Shown in pieces: positions 60,611 through 64,000 of a stretch of DNA of 64,000 nucleotides. The translations under genes and the position numbers were made by a program. The notes beneath the pieces were generated by a model, which did not search any database, was not told where the DNA came from, and was given only the letters and a program-made list of their open reading frames with translations. The DNA is taken from the NCBI RefSeq assembly GCF_964188315.1, contig NC_135670.1, forward strand, positions 23,994,001 through 24,058,000, read 5' to 3'. Positions within the stretch are counted from its first letter, which is position 1. Every line of letters begins with the position of its first letter. The stretch comes from Podarcis muralis. Taxonomy: Eukaryota.

Positions 60611-60949
60611 CACGGCACAAACTATGGAACTCCCTGCTGCAGGAGGCAGCGATGGGCACCGACTTGGACGGCTTTTGAAGAGGATCAAACAAATTCATGG
60701 GGGAGAGGGCTGTTGATGGCTACTAGCCACAATGGCTCTGCTGTGCCTCCACAGCCAGAGGCAGAAATGCTTCTGGAAAACCCGCAGGAGAGTCCTCTTG
60801 GGCTCAGGTCCTGCTTCCCACTCAGGCCTCAGGTTGGCCACTGTGAGAAGAGGATGCTGGTCTAGATGGCAGGATCCAGCACGCTCTCCTTACGCTGTTA
60901 TGGCATTCAGAGATAGACTGCCTTTGGACATGGAGGTTCTTCCCCCTTC

Positions 60950-61400
60950 CCTGACTTTGGGGATGGATTTTTGCGCATCTCTTCCTCCGCGCCCCACTCG
61001 CCCCACCAAAACCCCTTCTCGACCTGGTGACGGGGAGCTCTCCTTACCCACCGCCCACCCCAGACGCTTCCTGCGGTGCCCCCTCGTCCTCCTCCTCCTC
61101 CTGCTTCAGAAGCAGCGGCGGCAACGAGAAGGCATTGAGCCCTTCCAAGCCCCGGGGCCGGTTTCCAGGGCAACTCTGAACGCCCGATCCCATTGTGACC
61201 TCCGCTCCCTCCGCGGGGAGGCATTGCCCAGCCATGGCTCAGCGCAGTCCGGTCCAGTCCCCGGTCAGGGGAAGCGCCATGGAGGCGGGGAAACCCGAGG
61301 ACGCCCCGCCGGCCGTGGTCACCTTCTTCCAGCCCCACGTCGGCGGCCAAGTGCTGGTGCTTTTCAGGTAAAGGGGGTGGGTGGATGGGGGGAGCGGGGC
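60950..61400. promoter_or_regulatory. CpG island; bidirectional promoter for DUSP18 (minus, putative non-coding exon 1) and the C5orf52-like gene (plus), with X-box GTTTCCAGGGCAAC at 61161-61174
   Basis: GC/CpG-rich; minus-strand donor GG|gtaagg near 61047; plus-strand GCCATGG at 61279. Confidence 0.65.
61279..61367 (+). CDS. C5orf52: C5orf52-like protein exon 1 (MEAGKPEDAPPAVVTFFQPHVGGQVLVLFS)
   Basis: GCCATGG Kozak, AG|gtaaag donor, phase 2; VLFS junction matches recalled human C5orf52. Confidence 0.78.
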
Positions 61401-61670
61401 AAGCCCCCCCCCCAGGGCACAGGGAGGTAGGGGAGGGGCTTCACTCGTGACACCCTCCCCCCTCAATCAGGAGTTTGCCCCGTTTTGCCTCTGAACATGT
61501 GCAGAGTTCGTTTCCTCCCCGAAAGGGAAAAATACTTTTTTTGGGCACAGGGAGGTAGGGGCAAGCCCCCCCCCAGGGCACAGGGAGGTAGGGGAGGGGC
61601 TTCACTCGTGACACCCTCCCCCCTCAATCAGGAGTTTGCGCCGTTTTGCCTCTGAACATGTGCAGAGTTC
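61399..61670. repeat. Near-perfect direct duplication of about 110 bp (offset about 162) in C5orf52-like intron 1
   Basis: gcaagcccc...tgaacatgtgcagagttc occurs twice. Confidence 0.9.
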
Positions 61671-62920
61671 TTTTCCACCAAGAAAGGGGAAAATAATTTT
61701 TTTTGGGGGGTCCCTCTTTCGCAAATGTAAATATTGCACAGTCCCGATGAAGGGCCCTTGAACATGTGCAGAGTTCTGCCGTTCCCTGACAGAAGAGGGA
61801 AGAGGCTTTGTTGCGTTTCCCCCCTTTGTGTCTGCATGAATTGCATGCCATGTTCAGGGGTAGCAAGACAGCCCCCAGTGACATGCCTCTGAGCATTTGC
61901 AGAGTTATTTTGCTTCAGGAGGGAAGAAGGGTTTATCTGTTGTTCCTCAAATATAAAGCTTGTTTAGGGGTTGCAAGGCAGCCCCTGGCTCAGCTTCTCT
62001 GAGAGTTTTTTCGTTGAAAGAAGAGGAAAGAGGGTTGGGGTTTTTTTGTCTTTCCACAAACATAAAGATTTATATTATGCGTATGTAAAAAATAATAGTC
62101 TCTGTCGTGCGTATAACAGATGCTATTGGTTAAAACAAAAAACTAGTGACCCAGAAACAGATCTCCCAACACCCTATATACTGGGCATTTTCAAAGCACT
62201 TAGCATATGCTCTTGAAATCCTTACAATAAGCATGCAATGTATATCAGTATAAATATTGTTCAGATACTGCAGAGGGCCTGAGACTAAGAAAGAAAGAAG
62301 GCCTGACTTTTCTTTAGGTCACGAGGTTAGAAAGGCAAGGATTGAACCAGGGACTGCCTTGTTTATTTAAATCTTAAAATGTTTATTTGCTCCCCCCCCC
62401 CCAAAGAGGCTTACAAAAATAAGAAGGCAGCTATATCAGTGTTGCCAGAAAAAGATAAAAACACATTCAAATGTTCCATAACACAATATTTCAGCCTTCA
62501 TCCAGCGAGCAGGAGAAAATGGCTCATGGAAAATTAACTTGCATGTGGTCCAGCCTCCTCCTAGCTCCTAGAATACACCAGTGTGAAGAGACAGTGTGGT
62601 GTAATAGTTATAGTGCCAGACTATTACCTGGGAGACCAGGGTTTGAATCCTCACTCAGCCACGATGAAGCTCACTGGGTGACAGCAGTCCAGTCACTGTC
62701 TCTCAGCCTAACCTACCTCACAGGGTTGTTGTGATGGTAAAATTGGGATTAAGGAGAACCATGTGTACTCCCTTGAGCTCCCTGAGGTATATAAATGTAT
62801 GAAATAAAAAAGTGCTAGGCCTGCAGGTGGATATTCCTAAATTGGTGGTATTTACTCCCTTAATTTTGGAGGGAGGCAGTAGCAAATGCAGTTCTAACCA
62901 GGCGCCTTTCCCCCATGCAG

Positions 62921-63029
62921 TTTGCTCAGTGGCAGCGAAGCCGTTTTAAAGAGGTTTTTACCCAAGAGTCATCTTTCTAAGGTGATCATTCGTGACAACA
63001 TCAGTGTCCAGAGAGTGCACGATATCAAG
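62921..63029 (+). CDS. C5orf52: C5orf52-like exon 2 (LLSGSEAVLKRFLPKSHLSKVIIRDNISVQRVHDIK)
   Basis: AG/GT boundaries, in phase; LPKSHLS.VII.DN matches recalled C5orf52. Confidence 0.85.
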
Positions 63030-63961
63030 GTACATCTCGCTATTGAACCTCCTTACCTGAGCCCTCCTGCTTGTGTTACATTTCAAATGCACAAGAGAAT
63101 GTTTCTTTAGGCTGGTGAGCCAAATAACTATTGTGTATCCGGGAACTTGTTTGTATACCTCTATCTCTTTTATGTTCAAGAAGCTCCCTTTGTGTCAATG
63201 GAGGAAGAAGGCGTTCTGTGCACACAATGTCCTTGCAAATCAACTCCATCCACAGGAATGAGCAGGGTTGTGGAGGTGGAAAGAGCTCCACATGGCTCCT
63301 GAACCAGGAATACTTTGGCTGCATTCGCACAGCGGTTTATCCCATTTCCCCAGCGCTTCCCTGTTAATTTCAGCATTATATTTGAGCTTTCATACAACGC
63401 AAAAGCCACTTCTGGAAAACTAATGGAATACAGTGCATAATGGGCATTTTGTTTCCATGTTTTTGAGACCCCGAAAATGTGTTTGCAGCCCCCAGTTTAC
63501 CTGGAAAATTGTGGGAGTAAAGCAATGAAATTTGGGGTAGTATACTGGCATATGTTTCCCCCCCTGCTCTTTCCATGGGGGAAATAGAAGCACACATATG
63601 TGGAAAGGGCGGCGGCGGCGGCGGAGCAGTTAATGACATTATCCAGTGACATGCGCGTCTGAATGCACCCCTAGGTTACACAACTGGATTTTGTGTTCAA
63701 GCACAACAAACCCGCTTCTGACCAGGTAGAGTGGCATGAATTTCACACACAAGCTCTGATTGGCTGAGTAGTTTGTAGGGCTTTTCCTTCTGTATGTTTG
63801 GTTATATGTCTCTCTTCCATGAATGGAGAAAGACAGAACCTCTCTGTTCCTTAATGCACCGGTTTGGTTCAGCTTGCTTAGAGTGTTATTAAGACTTTTC
63901 TCTCTGGACTTTTGTCTGTGTTTAAGTGACTTTGCTAACAGTTGCTTCCGATTTCTTAAAG

Positions 63962-64000
63962 CTCAAGCACATTGAAGAAAGCAAAAGGAAGATGGGCAAT
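63962..64000 (+). CDS. C5orf52: C5orf52-like exon 3, partial (LKHIEESKRKMGN...)
   Basis: ttcttaaag acceptor, phase 0; resembles recalled ALEKTKKKISH; cut by the window edge. Confidence 0.65.

Noticed and set aside
60732-61430. 232-aa plus ORF in the right-hand CpG island
   Set aside because: Low-complexity GC artefact; the real C5orf52-like exon 1 is in another frame

Overview
Eukaryotic window from a squamate, most likely a lacertid lizard (inferred from dense Sauria SINEs, L2/CR1 fragments with microsatellite tails, and Tc1/mariner and hAT MITEs). I rebuilt spliced genes by hand from splice sites and reading phase. Left to right: PES1 (minus, exons 1-8; runs off the left edge), TCN2 (plus, 9 exons, complete, with one GC-AG intron), SLC35E4 (plus, 2 core exons plus a possible upstream in-frame coding exon), an unnamed 5-exon gene encoding only the C-terminal domain of synergin gamma (SYNRG-like, plus), DUSP18 (minus, single-exon CDS) and a C5orf52-like gene (plus, exons 1-2 and the start of exon 3 at the right edge). 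The best novelty candidate is the SYNRG-like gene. It has an intact ORF of at least 177 aa with a CxxC...HxxC motif, and lies tail-to-tail with DUSP18 just as human SYNRG lies tail-to-tail with DUSP14, suggesting an ancient duplicated block. RFX X-box-like motifs sit at three candidate promoters of the right-hand cluster. All orthology calls rest on human protein sequences and gene order recalled from memory, not on database searches. Repeat boundaries are approximate unless a target-site duplication (TSD) is quoted.
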